This document shows, piece after piece, positions 1-15,220 of a DNA stretch of 64,000 bases (its first letter is position 1; each line of letters opens with the position of its first letter). The notes beneath the pieces are model-generated. The model was not told the DNA's origin and did no database searches. It saw nothing but the letters and a program-made list of their open reading frames with translations. Source of the DNA: Octopus bimaculoides (Eukaryota). The translations under genes and the position numbers were made by a program. The stretch spans positions 123,316,585 to 123,380,584 of the forward strand of contig NC_068984.1 in NCBI RefSeq assembly GCF_001194135.2, read 5' to 3'.

Positions 1-109
1 TGTGTTTTATATATATATCTATTTTTGTTTGTCTCTTGTCTTTGAAGAAGATAAAAAATAAAGAAAAGGTAAAAAAAAAAAATACAATACCACTTAATTT
101 ACAGTTATC

Positions 110-115
110 TTTATT
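110..115 (-). other. Candidate polyadenylation signal AATAAA of calmodulin 3' UTR
   Basis: tttatt on plus strand, about 380 nt past the stop. The 3' UTR may extend beyond the window. Confidence 0.35.
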
Positions 116-492
116 TGAATGAGATCTGATGGACCAGCATGGAAAAAGATAGCAAAGAGATTGGCTTGGCTGGAAGGCAGAAATTTTTTTTACATCTTTG
201 AAGGAAAGGAAAAATGAATTTGATATAGTGGAGTCTACAGAACTAGGTCAGAGAAAGTAGTCAGATGGGATAGGGACATAATTGGTGATCTTACAGCACC
301 ACTACCGGGAAGAGATAACTGTACAGACCATCCCAGGTACATCTTTTAATTGAATGTGCGACTAAATACAGGACCTTGAGCTGTACACATACAGAAATGA
401 GAGATGCCAGGATGAAACTGCAGTGTGAATAAACTTTAATTTGCTTGTAATAATAATAATAATATAATAATTATAATAATAATTCACCAGTT

Positions 493-1870
<1,378 letters not shown>

Positions 1871-2619
1871 GTCGGAATGTCGTGTTGCTAATGGTAAGGG
1901 TAGGATGTGAAAAAAGAGCAGGTAGCGGTGGGTAAGGCAAGCTAACAGAATTAGACAAGATCTAAAGTAACAATAAAGCAGCTGTAACCTCTCTAGTCAA
2001 ATAAAATCAATGGAAATAGCAGCAGCAGCAGTTGCAAATCAATAACCAGATGGGAATCGAACTATGTCACACAGCAGTACAGATCTTACTCTACTGACAC
2101 TGTCATCACCAACTGCAGATTGGGGAACTACTGAATATATAAATATATATACACACAGTTATATATATATAAGGGGCATGTGGTAGAGAGACAGAAAGGG
2201 CAAGTGGCAGAGAGGCAGAAGGGGCCAGAGACACGCACACACACTGGTGCAGTGGTGAAACGTCGGTGACGCAGTGTGTCGGCTGCTGTGATTATGCTAA
2301 GAGCATTAGATCGAATTAGATGCTGCAGTAATGAAGCAACAGAGGAGGGGGAAAGAAGCGGAAGGGAAAAATTAGATCATTGCGACAAGTGTTGAACCAG
2401 AATCGAACCAATAATCCATACGATATCAGCAACCATCACCAACACCTCCCTGTTAAGGTAATTGTGAGCAGTGCGACGTGATCCGGCAGTGAGTGCAGTA
2501 AATAACAGGTAGCTGTAAGAGCAGCTGGAAGGAGGATGAGGAAGAGGAGATATTAACATATGTTAATGTGGTCAGCGTTGCGTGTGTGTGTATGTGCGAG
2601 CGGCACAAGTGACACATAC

Positions 2620-2665
2620 CTCACACAAATGATATTACACTGACGAAACCAAACAAGTCACATAA
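2620..2665 (-). other. Candidate 46-nt cassette or 5' UTR exon of calmodulin
   Basis: Acceptor ttttctggttttgtcctag (ends 2666) and donor AG|GTATGT (2619-2614). Confidence 0.35.
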
Positions 2666-3079
2666 CTAGGACAAAACCAGAAAACCGATAAATACTTGTC
2701 AGTAACCCCCTTCCTATCTAAGTCCTTAACCCGAGGGGAGACAATGCATCATACAGAAAGGTTAGTAGCTTGTCACTCCACCAACACAATTACAATCGAG
2801 TGAAAGCGCCAAAATACAAGCCTCCCCGCCAATTCGTGTGTGAAACCAGAAACAAAAACGAAATAAAAACTAGTCTGCAGCCACCAGTGACCACTTGAAA
2901 TGAGCTCAACTGACCGACATTAAGGGTAATGGTGAGGTACGGTTTTGAAACCGGCTTTTTAACTGCTTGTTAAGTAGTCTAATTAAAAATTTCTACCAAC
3001 ATGCAACCGTCGCTTCAAGTGTAAAAGCTGGTGGTGCACACACAACCCTAGTGTTCATTTAATTAAATCTGACAAGAGA

Positions 3080-3260
3080 CACCCAACAAGGGTATTTCAA
3101 CATAGGCACTCAACCCTACCGCCTTAGAAAAAGACACTAGCTAGTGCTTTCGAAGATACATTATTGCTGGAAAGAATGATATGGCCACGGCTGGAATGCC
3201 TTTGGCTAGACGTAGGTCTTTGCTCGACCAAGACTGACTTGTGACCGATAGACATATCTA
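3080..3260 (+). mobile_element. SINE-like 3' fragment (related to 4775-4955)
   Basis: Shares ggtcatagctggaatgcctttg-type core with 4775-4955. Confidence 0.4.
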
Positions 3261-3420
3261 CCTTATAGATTTATTGCTCATAACTATATAGCTAACTCCA
3301 GCAAATCTTTTGCACAGCTATATTAGCAGTAGTAGTAACAGCAATGTATTTCGGCATTTACTTTTGAAGACGGAGGAAAAAAAAAAAAAAACCCCGAAAA
3401 GAAAAAAANNNNNNNNNNNN

Positions 3421-3461
<41 letters not shown>

Positions 3462-4774
3462 TATATATATATATTTATATATTCACACGCATACCACATA
3501 GTTACTAAATGTAGCCTGTGTATAGGGAAGTTAAGACATTTCTCAGAACGCAGAGAATGAAAGAGTCGCCTCAGTATATATATATATATGTATTTATAAA
3601 AGGAGGGAAACAAGTGAAATGCTAATAATATAACTATTAGGCATTCATTCCATGATGGAATCCAAAAAGTATGATACAATTTTACAAATATATTCTTTGC
3701 TCGAACAAAAAAAAAAAATACACAAGACGAACTAATCCTACACACACACAAAATGACGTTGAACAAAAGATTTAATAATTAAAATAACGTAATCTACACA
3801 TTGTAATAAATTAGTCACATTTTACAGGAAAGTTTTCTCATCGGGATTTTACATTTGAAACATGTTCGGCAACAGTTTTAGGTCTGATACGAAAACCTTA
3901 AAATAAAGTAGATGCATTTTATCTCAGTAAAAAAAAAAATATCTAGTTGAATGAAAGAATTTTGTCAAATGTTAATAAATTTGAGAAAAATCTGAAAAAA
4001 TTTATTGAAAATGTAAAAAAAATTTCCATTTAACAACCTGCACTTTAAGCGCGAAGTTTATATACATACATGTGTATGATTATATATATATATATATATA
4101 TAATATAATATATATACATATATATAAAATAATAGACAGTTTCTATGGATACAGTCATTGATAAATGAATGCATATTTTTGAAATGTAGACAAATTTCAG
4201 TAATCGAAGAGATGTTATCTCGAGAGAAAAGGACATTTTTGGGGAGGATTTATGACGGTTGTGGCGGATTTTAAAATAGACATTTTTTTTTTCTCCCACA
4301 CATATTTCTATAGAGACGGAGATATTTGCTAGACATTTAAATGCTAGACAGTCATATTCCCACTAGGTCTTCAACTGTAAAATAAGTGAAACCCAGCAAA
4401 TTATGTATGTATATATATTATATATATATATACATACATATATATAAAATGAAAATAATCCTATTAAATTTCTGCGGTTATAGAGATAGGAATTTAAATT
4501 CTTAGGATATCTAAAATGCGCATATCTATATATAAAATACAGATTTCAATCTGCTTACAATAGGCATTTTATTTTCATGTTAAAGCATATTCTGTGGCCT
4601 TTTTTAAACGCTTATAATCACATCTTTCATCACGCAACCGATTTCATGCGACTATATAACCAGACACACACACACATGTGACTAATATATATATAACCCA
4701 CACACCCTATGCATACAACTAAGTGCTTATACGAGCCATTGAGAGAGAGAGAGAGAGAGATAGAGAGAGCCACT

Positions 4775-4955
4775 TCGTGGTCATTCTAACGGCTAGAAAT
4801 AGCAGTCAAACCGCCCTCAAATCATAGGCAAACATCTCGAAAAAGAATACATCGGGCAATGTACTCTTACATGTATCTAGAAAGACAGGATGGTCATAGC
4901 TGGAATGTCTTTGATCATAAAGCCTGTCCAAACAGGGTTGACATGGGCTAAACAA
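4775..4955 (+). mobile_element. SINE-like 3' fragment
   Basis: gctagaaatagcag...ggatggtcatagctggaatgtctttgatcat...ggctaaacaac; homologous to 3080-3260. Confidence 0.45.
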
Positions 4956-6131
4956 CTCTCAAGTGCTACTCAGCCGGCTTTTATTACTGTCTATATAAGA
5001 CATACAAGAAACAAGATCAAACCCGTCTCCATTATTATTTCTTTTTGCTTTTTCCATTTTTAAGCCATTAGTAATACAAAATCTCTTATTCCATCTAAGT
5101 TAAAAAAAAAATGAAAAACTGCCACGGGAAGCCAGAATATAATATATATATATATTTCTATGTATATATAGCCTCAGTAATGGTGAGATTTTGAAAAGGA
5201 AGATGCGAGAACACATATGGTCGTGAAATGTATGGAAATGGAGGAATAGAAAGAGACATATATATGTATATATATATATGGATGCGAAGGATTTTATGTA
5301 AGTCTGTCGTTTATTGAACGAGGAATTTCATTTAAACAAATTGTTCCCATCCATTTTTTAAAAAGTGACATCTTGTTATTCAAGAAAAAAAAAANNNNNN
5401 NNNNNNNNNNNNNNNNNNNNNNNNNNNNNNNNNNNNNNNNNNNNNNNNNNNNNNNNNNNNNNNNNNNNNNNNNNNNNNNNNNNNNNNNNNNNNNNNNNNN
5501 NNNNNNNNNNNNNNNNNNNNNNNNNNNNNNNNNNNNNNNNNNNNNNNNNNNNNNNNNNNNNNNNNNNNNNNNNNNNNNNNNNNNNNNNNNNNNNNNNNNN
5601 NNNNNNNNNNNNNNNNNNNNNNNNNNNNNNNNNNNNNNNNNNNNNNNNNNNNNNNNNNNNNNNNNNNNNNNNNNNNNNNNNNNNNNNNNNNNNNNNNNNN
5701 NNNNNNNNNNNNNNNNNNNNNNNNNNNNNNNNNNNNNNNNNNNNNNNNNNNNNNNNNNNNNNNNNNNNNNNNNNNNNNNNNNNNNNNNNNNNNNNNNNNN
5801 NNNNNNNNNNNNNNNNNNNNNNNNNNNNNNNNNNNNNNNNNNNNTATATAAGTATTAGGGATAAAAACCCCAAATTACAGGTAAAAACTCAATTAAAATC
5901 AATTTATTAAAAATTAAAATTAAATTAATATTGGATTTTCATCGATGAGTTCATGAACCTTGGTTATTTTCTCTAATACTATATACACAGCAAGCTATAT
6001 GAGAATTTTATATCTGAGTATTTGAAATAAAATATGACAGTAAACTTGGAATATGTATAAATATCGAACTGATATATATATGGTGCACCAGCATGACCGC
6101 AGCCACTTGGCTGAAACACATAAATAAATAA

Positions 6132-6166
<35 letters not shown>

Positions 6167-6420
6167 CACACACAACATACATATTGTCATACAGGTTATA
6201 TTTTTGGAAATATATATATCGTATACATATATATATTATGCATATATATATAATATAGGTATTTTACTGATATCAAAAATGAAGATTGATAATATCTGAC
6301 ACATTATATACATTTTTACAATTACCTCACAATATAAAAAAGGAAAAAATTGCTCCGGTAGGTATACATAAATTCAGTCTGTCATTTTAAATAGCTGCTA
6401 CTGTACATATACGACATTCT

Positions 6421-6475
<55 letters not shown>

Positions 6476-7171
6476 CGTTTAAATAACTTAGCGTGTATAA
6501 GATGCCAAAATATTGAACACCATTTATTAATCACAAGTCCATTTACAATATGTATTTATCTTACAAAACATCCGACACATACAATATTATATATATATAA
6601 ATGTATAACAAGCAATAAGACATGGTTCGATCTCAGTTCATGGAACTCGATGGCCTTTTTTGTCACAGATTGGGTCTAATATTTCTTACATCTTATAAAG
6701 ACCATGATATTATATATATATATATACACACACATAATTAGCAATTTAGATATTAATAATACAGACAGATACAGGTATATATATATATATATAAGGTCTT
6801 GATGGGTTGAGAGAGAAGACATTGTTGAAATATGGAATCTCCCCGCCTCACTTTTTTATTGAAATAGGATTAAAGATATATTTATATACAGATATTATCC
6901 TTTATATATATCTATGAAAGATTAAGTTTTAGGTATGATGAATTCGTCTGAATGAAAAATTATTATATATTTTTTTCTTTCATCCATCAAAACGGTAACA
7001 AGAGAAAGAAGGGGGGGGGACAAGCAACAAGATGTCAGCAGACGATAACGAATATATATATATATATATATATATATTAATGTGTGTGTGTGTGTCAATT
7101 TGTATAAGAAATAATGGTTATTAGGCTTAAGAAATGATTGAAAAGAAGAGAATAAACAAGTGTCAACTTAC

Positions 7172-7174
7172 CAT
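7172..7174 (-). CDS. CaM: Candidate alternative (distal) calmodulin initiator exon end (ATG|GTAAGT)
   Basis: Plus strand reads acttaccat at 7166-7174: a perfect donor directly after ATG, in phase with exon 2, with a UTR-like GC-richer block upstream. Confidence 0.5.
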
Positions 7175-7322
7175 AGTGTTAATTATCAATGAAAAAAAAA
7201 AGGGGTATTTTGTAATAATAATAATAAGCCGGGTGTGAGGTGAGCAGTGGCTGGCTTCTTTTACTGTTGTAATGTAATATAAGAGTTAAGACAGCCGCCG
7301 TCCCTTAAACTGAACTGGTTAG

Positions 7323-7815
7323 AGAGAGTGAGAGTGTGCGAGAGAGATAGAGTGATAGATAGACTGGGAAGTGAGAGCGAGATACTAAAACTACAGAGAG
7401 AGTATGTGTGTGAGTAATGAAAGGAGGAGTAATAGTAAAATAGAGAGGGGTACTGATGAAAGCTATAGTGTGATAGAGAGTGTGTGTGAGGATAAATCGG
7501 AGAGAGTGAGAGTGTGCGAGAGAGACAGAGTGATAGATAGACTGGGAAGTGAGAGCGAGATACTAAAACCACAGAGAGAGTATGTGTATGAGTAATGAAA
7601 AGAGGAGTAACGGTGAAATAGAGAGGGGTACTGACGAAAGCTATAGTGCGANNNNNNNNNNTAGACTGGGAAGTGAGAGCGAGATACTAAAACTACAGAG
7701 AGAGTATGTGTATGAGTAATGAAAGGAGGAGTAACGGTGAAATAGAGAGGGGTACTGACGAAAGCTATAGTGCGATAGAGAGTGTGTGAGGATAAATCAG
7801 AGAGAGTGAGAGAGA
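7323..7815. repeat. GA-rich tandem repeat, ~178-bp unit, at least 3 copies (contains a short gap)
   Basis: agactgggaagtgagagcgagatactaaaac recurs at 7361, 7539 and 7663. Confidence 0.9.
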
Positions 7816-8256
7816 GAGTGTGTGTTACAGAGATAGTCGCAAAGGAGGAATGGTAACAGTTATAGTCTAACAGAAAGGGTGTGAATGTAATGCAGGAGGG
7901 AGATGAATAAAATAGAAGCAGAAAAGGAGGGGGAATAGAAATAGTAAGGGGAGGAAGTAAGAGTAAGTACTAGAGGGATAAAGGGAGTAGTAAAGAGGGA
8001 TAGAGATAGATAGGTAAAAGGTTGTAAAGGGAGGGAAAAATGGGTGTGCAAACTTTATTACAAAAGAAGGTACTACTAGTCTTAGTACGACTAGTAGTAG
8101 TAGTATTTACTATTTATTTTTCTCTCTATCTATAACCTGTTTTACACTGGCTTGCCTTACTATAGTATAATAGAGAGGGTTGTCTTTTATTTAAAAAAAA
8201 AAAAGATACAACTGGTAATATAGAGCTCGTAGGGGAATCTTGACTGTTGAATTTAC

Positions 8257-8298
8257 AAGATGGCGACAGCGGCGTTGTTGATGGTGACAAAATGGCGG
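8257..8298. promoter_or_regulatory. Twin YY1-type motifs (AAGATGGCG, AAAATGGCGG) next to a CTG/CAG run
   Basis: Motifs at 8257-8265 and 8289-8298 in a locally GC-rich island. Confidence 0.4.
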
Positions 8299-10071
8299 TG
8301 GTGGCTGCTGCTGTGTTGCTACATACTGTTGCTGCTGCTGCTGCTGTTGCTAGTGCTGGTACTGCGACGGTTGCTGCTGCTATTGTCAGTGTAACGCATT
8401 GATACTGACACACGTATATACACTCATCGATAAAGCCGCGTACATACTCACACACAACGCATACATTTACGTATTAAGCAAACACACCCATGCCTATACT
8501 GATACACACGCACACACATGTGTTCACACTGTTGATAGTGTGACATAATGGGTTATAGTGTAGGACAGCTAGAAGCTACGTCACATTCATAAAACACATA
8601 CATACATAGTCACACACATATGTACACGCGAAGTCCTCTTCCCATTACTCTTACTTTATTCTACCTACATTGAGGAGGAGGAGGAGGAAGGGGATTGTCT
8701 CTGAAGAGTTTGATCGCGGATGGACACGAGATAGACTAAGATAAAGACAAGAGAGAGAAAGAGAGAGAATTAAATTTAAGAGTTAGAAAGTAAACGGTGA
8801 CAACGATAGATGAAGCGTTAGCAAGGAGAGTAAAAGATTAAGACAAATAGACAGATACAAAAAAAGGAAAAGAGAATAAGGTAGATTAAATCGATGGAAT
8901 ACAAGAGAAGANNNNNNNNNNNNNNNNNNNNNNNNNNNNNNNNNNNNNNNNNNNNNNNNNNNNNNNNNNNNNNNNNNNNNNNNNNNNNNNNNNNNNNNNN
9001 NNNNNNNNNNNNNNNNNNNNNNNNNNNNNNNNNNNNNNNNNNNNNNNNNNNNNNNNNNNNGGAGTGAAGCTATCAATAAAGGGAGTGTCTTTAACTTTTA
9101 TGAGGCACACTGTCTTCACTATAACTATGTACGTGCTACATGTTATCCATGTATGTGTGTGACATTTTGTAAGTTTACATATGCATATGTATGTTATTTT
9201 CTGTGCGCGCGCGCACACACGTATATGTATGTATGTATGTATGTTCCTGTTGGTATAACCAAGCGTGTGTATGGTTCCCTGTATGTGTTTGTCTAAACAC
9301 ATATTTGACAACGTTACTTATATTCTATTAAACACATATACACACACACACACAGATACAACAAATATATTTTTGCCGGTATATAAGGGTGTGTGCTACA
9401 ATTTCAACATGTGTCCTCACACACACACACATACACACACACACACACACATATCTCCTTAAACACACACATTTATCACAAATATGTATACATATGTATT
9501 GTATATGTACATATATATATATCTATATATACATATACATATATATATCATGTCAAAGCTTGACTACATATGAAGAAACTATAAATGAATATGTATACAC
9601 ACATACACATATCTATATGTATGTGTGAATACATACATACACAGACACACATACATATAAATACACATACATACATATATATAAATACACACACATACAC
9701 ACATATATATACATATGCATACATTGCCGCAATATAATACACGTATGCTCAAATGTATTGGGTACTTATTACTGATGCAGTTGATATTCATCCGCGTTAT
9801 GGCTCCCTCCCCCAATTATCGATATCCCATTCCTGGCTGCTCTCTTTCTATTTCTATATTTATCTAGTTTATCTCTCTTCTACTCCTCTTTCTATATATT
9901 ACTATTTATCTATTTCGCTTTCAATGCTTTCCCTCCATTTTTACCCCCCGTCATGTAAACGATTTATTAAAATCCTGACTGCCATAAGAGAAAGACAAGA
10001 CAAAAAAATCGAATTGCAGGAAATTAGAGTAGATTTATGAAAAAAAAAAAAAAAAATAAATACGCACACAT

Positions 10072-10104
<33 letters not shown>

Positions 10105-10564
10105 TATTATTTTAATTTAGTTTTGTGATCGGAAGCTTGCTCTATATCACTTTCTTGGGTTTCAACTGAACAGAAGCCATTAAGAATCAGTAAATAACGA
10201 ATTTGCAGGTTTTTATTTCATACTGGAAAAAGAACACCTCCCCCCTTGTTATTCCTTCTCTCAATTTAATCGAACATTAAAAATAATAATAATATTGATC
10301 GATGATATAGCAATAGTGTTGATCATCATGATCAGAATCAACATTAATAGAATTAATAACGGCAATAATGATTATTATTACGAATATCATAATAAGCAAC
10401 CGTAATAGCGTCATTTGCAACGCGGCAAAGTGGACTATTTTTTGTTGCATTTAAAAAAAAACAAAAACATTTTTCTCTCTCTTTCTAATCCTTCATTTTT
10501 TCCTTCTTTCTATCGTTTCCCCTTAAATATTATCACTCTATCGTTTTTCTTTTTTGCTTCATCC

Positions 10565-10698
10565 ACTCACTATGTAGCTTTCTGTTTTTCTCTGTCTCAT
10601 TCTATTTACGCGCGTCAACGTTAGATGATGAAGAGAAAGAAAAAAGAAGAGATGAGAGAATTTGAAAAAAAAAAAGAATATGTATGCGTGTATGTACG

Positions 10699-10747
<49 letters not shown>

Positions 10748-10952
10748 AAATATCTATGTAATTGTATGCGTAAGTGTATAAAACAAGGTGTGCTGCGGTG
10801 CGTCTGCTCAGTGTTAGGGCGCCAACATTTATAACTGAAACCATAGCAACGACGTTTTTCATTGGTCAGTTCACACCTGCAATGCGACAGTAGTCGTCAC
10901 TGCAGCTACAACAGTGGAGCTTCTACTGCTACAGTGATGGCGGCATGTGAGT
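10565..10952. promoter_or_regulatory. Candidate bidirectional promoter with outward-facing splice donors
   Basis: Minus strand: CCAAT 10865-10861, TATAAAT 10833-10827, donor GTGAGT 10570-10565. Plus strand: TCAGTT 10866-10871, GATGGCGGC 10936-10944, donor GTGAGT 10947-10952. RFX-like half site CATAGCAAC at about 10842. Confidence 0.35.
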
Positions 10953-11811
10953 GTCTGTGCGTATGCGTGTGTGTGTTGGTGTATAGCTATATGTGAGAAT
11001 GAGTGCGTCAATATGTATGTATGTGTGTGCGTGTATGTGTGTCTGTGTGCGAATCGGCGTATATGAGGGCGGTTTATGTGATTTTTATGTATGTCTATGT
11101 GTATAACAATATGAATATATATATATGTATGTATATATATATATTTTCATATATGTAGTATACACGTATCTATACAATATATAGCTGCCTCACTTTTTCT
11201 CTATATACATAATTCTGTTACGTTGTTTCAAATACTCGAATCTTTATTCTTTCTTCTCTCCATCTCATATATATATATGTATATATGTATGTATATGTAC
11301 ATATATATACACATATATATATATACATATATACACATATATGTGTGAATGTATGTATGTGTGTGTATAAATATATACGGGTATGTGTATGCGTGTTATA
11401 TCCACGTGTGTAGCGGCGTATGTAGAGAGAAAAGGCGGCTATGGCTGCCAAACATTTAATACACCAAACGACAGCAAATCGACGACTTTTTCTTTCTCTT
11501 GATGGCTTTTTCAATCGGATGGATGGAGGAGACTCCACATTAATTCTCTTAATTACAGCACCACCAGCATTTTGGTGACTATTGTCTTGTCTTTTGTGTG
11601 AATGCATGTGTAGTGTGTGTGTGTGTATGTGTGTGTGTGTGTGTATGTGTGGTGTGTGTGTACGCGTGCATTTTATATATATATTATGTATAATATATGT
11701 ATACATTTCTTCGTATATTGTTTCCTTTACAACACTAGTAGAAACAATTTTGATGCATATATATAATATATATGTGTGTGCGCGTTCGCATTTGGTGATC
11801 TCTCTATCTGC

Positions 11812-11845
<34 letters not shown>

Positions 11846-12036
11846 ATCTATCTGTCTGTCTGATATCTTTATATATACTTCTATGCATGCATATCCATGC
11901 ACTAAACTCTTCAGAAATGTACAAGTATATGAATTATGTATGTATATATATATCACTACTTATCGCTCTCTTTCTCATATATACTCGCATTTTCGTCCAC
12001 ATACGTATACACTTAATTACACACAATATAAATGTT

Positions 12037-12106
<70 letters not shown>

Positions 12107-12404
12107 TATGTGTGTTTATGTGTGTGTATGTGTGTACTACTATGTGTATATTTGTTTCGTAGTTAAGTGCATTATTATATATCGGCGTTTGGTGATGTCA
12201 TTCGGCTGCGAAAAAGATCACATACACACTACGTATGTGCATAATATATACACATATTTAAACATACATTATGGTTGCATATATTATGTACATGTATGTG
12301 CGTATATATATATTTACATGCACACGTATATTGTATGTATGTATATATATNNNNNNNNNNNNNNNNNNNNNNNNNNNNNNNNNNNNNNNNNNNNNNNNNN
12401 NNNN

Positions 12405-12437
<33 letters not shown>

Positions 12438-14872
12438 GTGTTTATATATACACGAATATACGGATTACAACACGAATATGCATACACATGTGTATATGCA
12501 TATACATATGTAAATGCATATATACGTATATATACATATATATGTGTATATTATATACATATATTGTGTGTATATGTATACATACATACATACATACATA
12601 CATAGCACACACACGCGCACATTGATCCAAAGCGTTTGTCGATCAATAAATAATATCTATAAAGAAGTGTGCTCGAGATATAAGCGGATGTGAAACTAAT
12701 CAACCATTGGTTAAGGTGCAACTAAAGCCTGTCTTCCCTGAATCCCCGTAGCATTTTCAGTAACTCTTTAAAAATGACGACTGTAAAGGGCTTTGTACGA
12801 GTCCACATTTCAAATCTCGCTCATATGGTTGTTTTAGTGAGTGGGTGTGTACAGAAGACAACCAGTACACACACACTTATATATAGTAGTGTTCGTGCAT
12901 ACTCTGTTACTCAAACTTCAAAGTGAAACGTGATGTCTGCACATATGTAGATGCCACTCAACTCTTTCACCTGGATATCAGCAACGACTTCCATTTACTC
13001 TGGTTCAAAGTTTCTCTACCTCCCTACTTTTAGAAATATTTCTCTTTTTCTACCATTCCCTGAACTCCTTTAATCTCCAATATTCATATTTCGCCCTTCG
13101 CTGAGTGCATCTATCTCACTTCAATTGTCATGTTTGTCGTTTACCCCTTTCTGAATTCATTGTTCTCTGTGACAACGGCTTTTAGTTCTCACAGTCATCC
13201 TATGATGATGTCGCCGACGTAGAAACCGAATCAAATCTTTAAGCAATCCTTAACTGTCTACAAAAGTTAGTTTCATTCTCTACACGCATCCCTGACTAGT
13301 ACACAGACACTTCAAGCATCCTTGATTTCTTTCTTATCCACGAATCTAATTGCTATCGTCTCCGCATCGATCTTGTCTTTCGACTGCCGCATCGCGACTG
13401 CTCACCACACATCCTCATATGCATTTCCAGTCATATAACTATTTTATGGTGGAATTTGGCGAAGATTGTTTGAGAGTTATTGAAGGAGCGTGCTTTTGCA
13501 TTTAGCGTGATTGTGCATGTGATCGTGAGCCTAGTAGAGTGGAAAGGGATGATACTATATTTATCAGTCTCATGAAGATCATTGCTTTATTTATGGTTAC
13601 ATTTATGCCATAAGGTCGATTATGCCACATTATGTTCTTGTATCTATGTTTAATGCTTTATAGATTTGGTTTTCCCAAAGCATTTCGGCTTTTAACTTTG
13701 TCATTGAAACCACTTCTTGTCAAGGTTCTGTTACAGAGTAGGCAAACATTGATTAAGAATTTTCTTATCTGACTGATAGCTTTGATCTGTTCATATTATA
13801 TGTCACAAAATTTGCTTCTGTTTGGTAATCTACTTCTTTTGCAAAAGATGGAGTGGAGGCATTTACAAAATGCCATTTGGTGAAAAGGAGAGTTGAGAAC
13901 TACTGTGCAATATCTATCGAGGACTTTCTCTTTACTTTCTGAGATAAAAAAAGCACATAAGTGTATGAGAGTGTGAATATGTGCGTGTATGTGTTCATGC
14001 CACACACACACATCGTGTTGTAGATGAGCTCTTGTTGCGTTTTTCATGTCAACGAATCATCTTAAACATTTGTATTGTAGCACGGTTTAGGGCTGTCGCG
14101 AGAAAGATCTGTCTGTCTGTCAGTCTGTCAGTCTGTCTGCCTCTCTGTCTACCTGTATGTCTATGTGTCTGTGTGTGTGCTTGTATGTGTGTGCGTTCAC
14201 GCGCGCGTGTGTATTATATTTTTTGTACATATTCTGTTTTTTTATATCATGCTTTTTGTATAATTCTGAACCACACACACACACATACACACACATACAT
14301 ATATGTGTATATATACATACACACACACATATATTTTACTGTATACACACACATATACATATATATATATGTATATATACATATACACACATATTTTACT
14401 GTACACACACACACAAATACACACCCACTTACACGCAGTGCAAGACTATTTTAGGACTCCACCCATCAATTATTAAAAGCCCAAAACTGCATAATCTTAA
14501 ATATTTATCTATTATCAAAGATTAAGATGGATTTTAAACTTTTTTTCTGAGAAGTACTTTGTGTGTCTTTTTATGAGCTAAGTTTCGTATGATATATCTG
14601 TAATCAATTTTTCGGCTGAATTCCTATTCAATGGTGAAGCTAGCTAATGTTGCCAGACGACCTTGCGACATGATTTTTATGTAATATTTTGTTTCATTAA
14701 TTTAAGGAGGATGTGTGTTATTACATTCATATGAATTTGGTTGTATGCTTTGTAGAGGTTACTGGAATGTCCTGTAGGAATAGACTGACCCCCCCCCCCC
14801 CGAGTCATAAGAAGGGTTCTTGTGATTTTCTAGGTACCACATTGTGATATAACTTACTGTTATATGGTAATG

Positions 14873-15095
14873 TACGAGTGGGTGCTGAAAAGTTCCTGGC
14901 TTTACGGGTATCGCGAAAGGCCTGGTTTGAGGCTCAGCTTTCTGAGTTCTTTTACAGGGCTTTAAAAAAGACTGAAGGGCTGCTGTAATAAGTGTGTGAA
15001 TCTGAGAGGAGAATATGTTGAATAAAATTATAACTAACTGATCCTCCTGTATTTTCTTTTACTCGAAGCCAGAAACTTTTCAGCACACCCTCGTA
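14873..15095 (+). mobile_element. Mariner-derived MITE (~220 bp)
   Basis: About 30-bp TIRs (tacgagtgggtgctgaaaagttcctggctt / aagccagaaacttttcagcacaccctcgta), TA ends; retains transposase C-terminus CNKCVNLRGEYVE*. Confidence 0.9.
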
Positions 15096-15220
15096 CGGCT
15101 GTACAGTCCATCTAGTTGTAAATAAGTTCCACATAGCGGAATAGCTCACTGTAGAAAGTAGGTACTATACGTTAGGTACAACACAAATAACTGTAAAATA
15201 AGTCTCCTCATCATGTGAAG

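Noticed and set aside
7630-7650. CTGACGA hammerhead-like core in the 178-bp repeat
   Set aside because: No GAAA or stem III follows.
8260-8394. 44-aa leucine-rich plus-strand ORF resembling a signal or TM peptide
   Set aside because: A by-product of the CTG repeat tract.
11883-12605. Long ORFs rich in Y/I/C/V/H/T or X (also 51174-51884 and the gap-spanning ORFs)
   Set aside because: Translations of dinucleotide microsatellites or N gaps.
12950-13450. Possible minus-strand LINE RT fragment
   Set aside because: The translation is too degraded to identify motifs.
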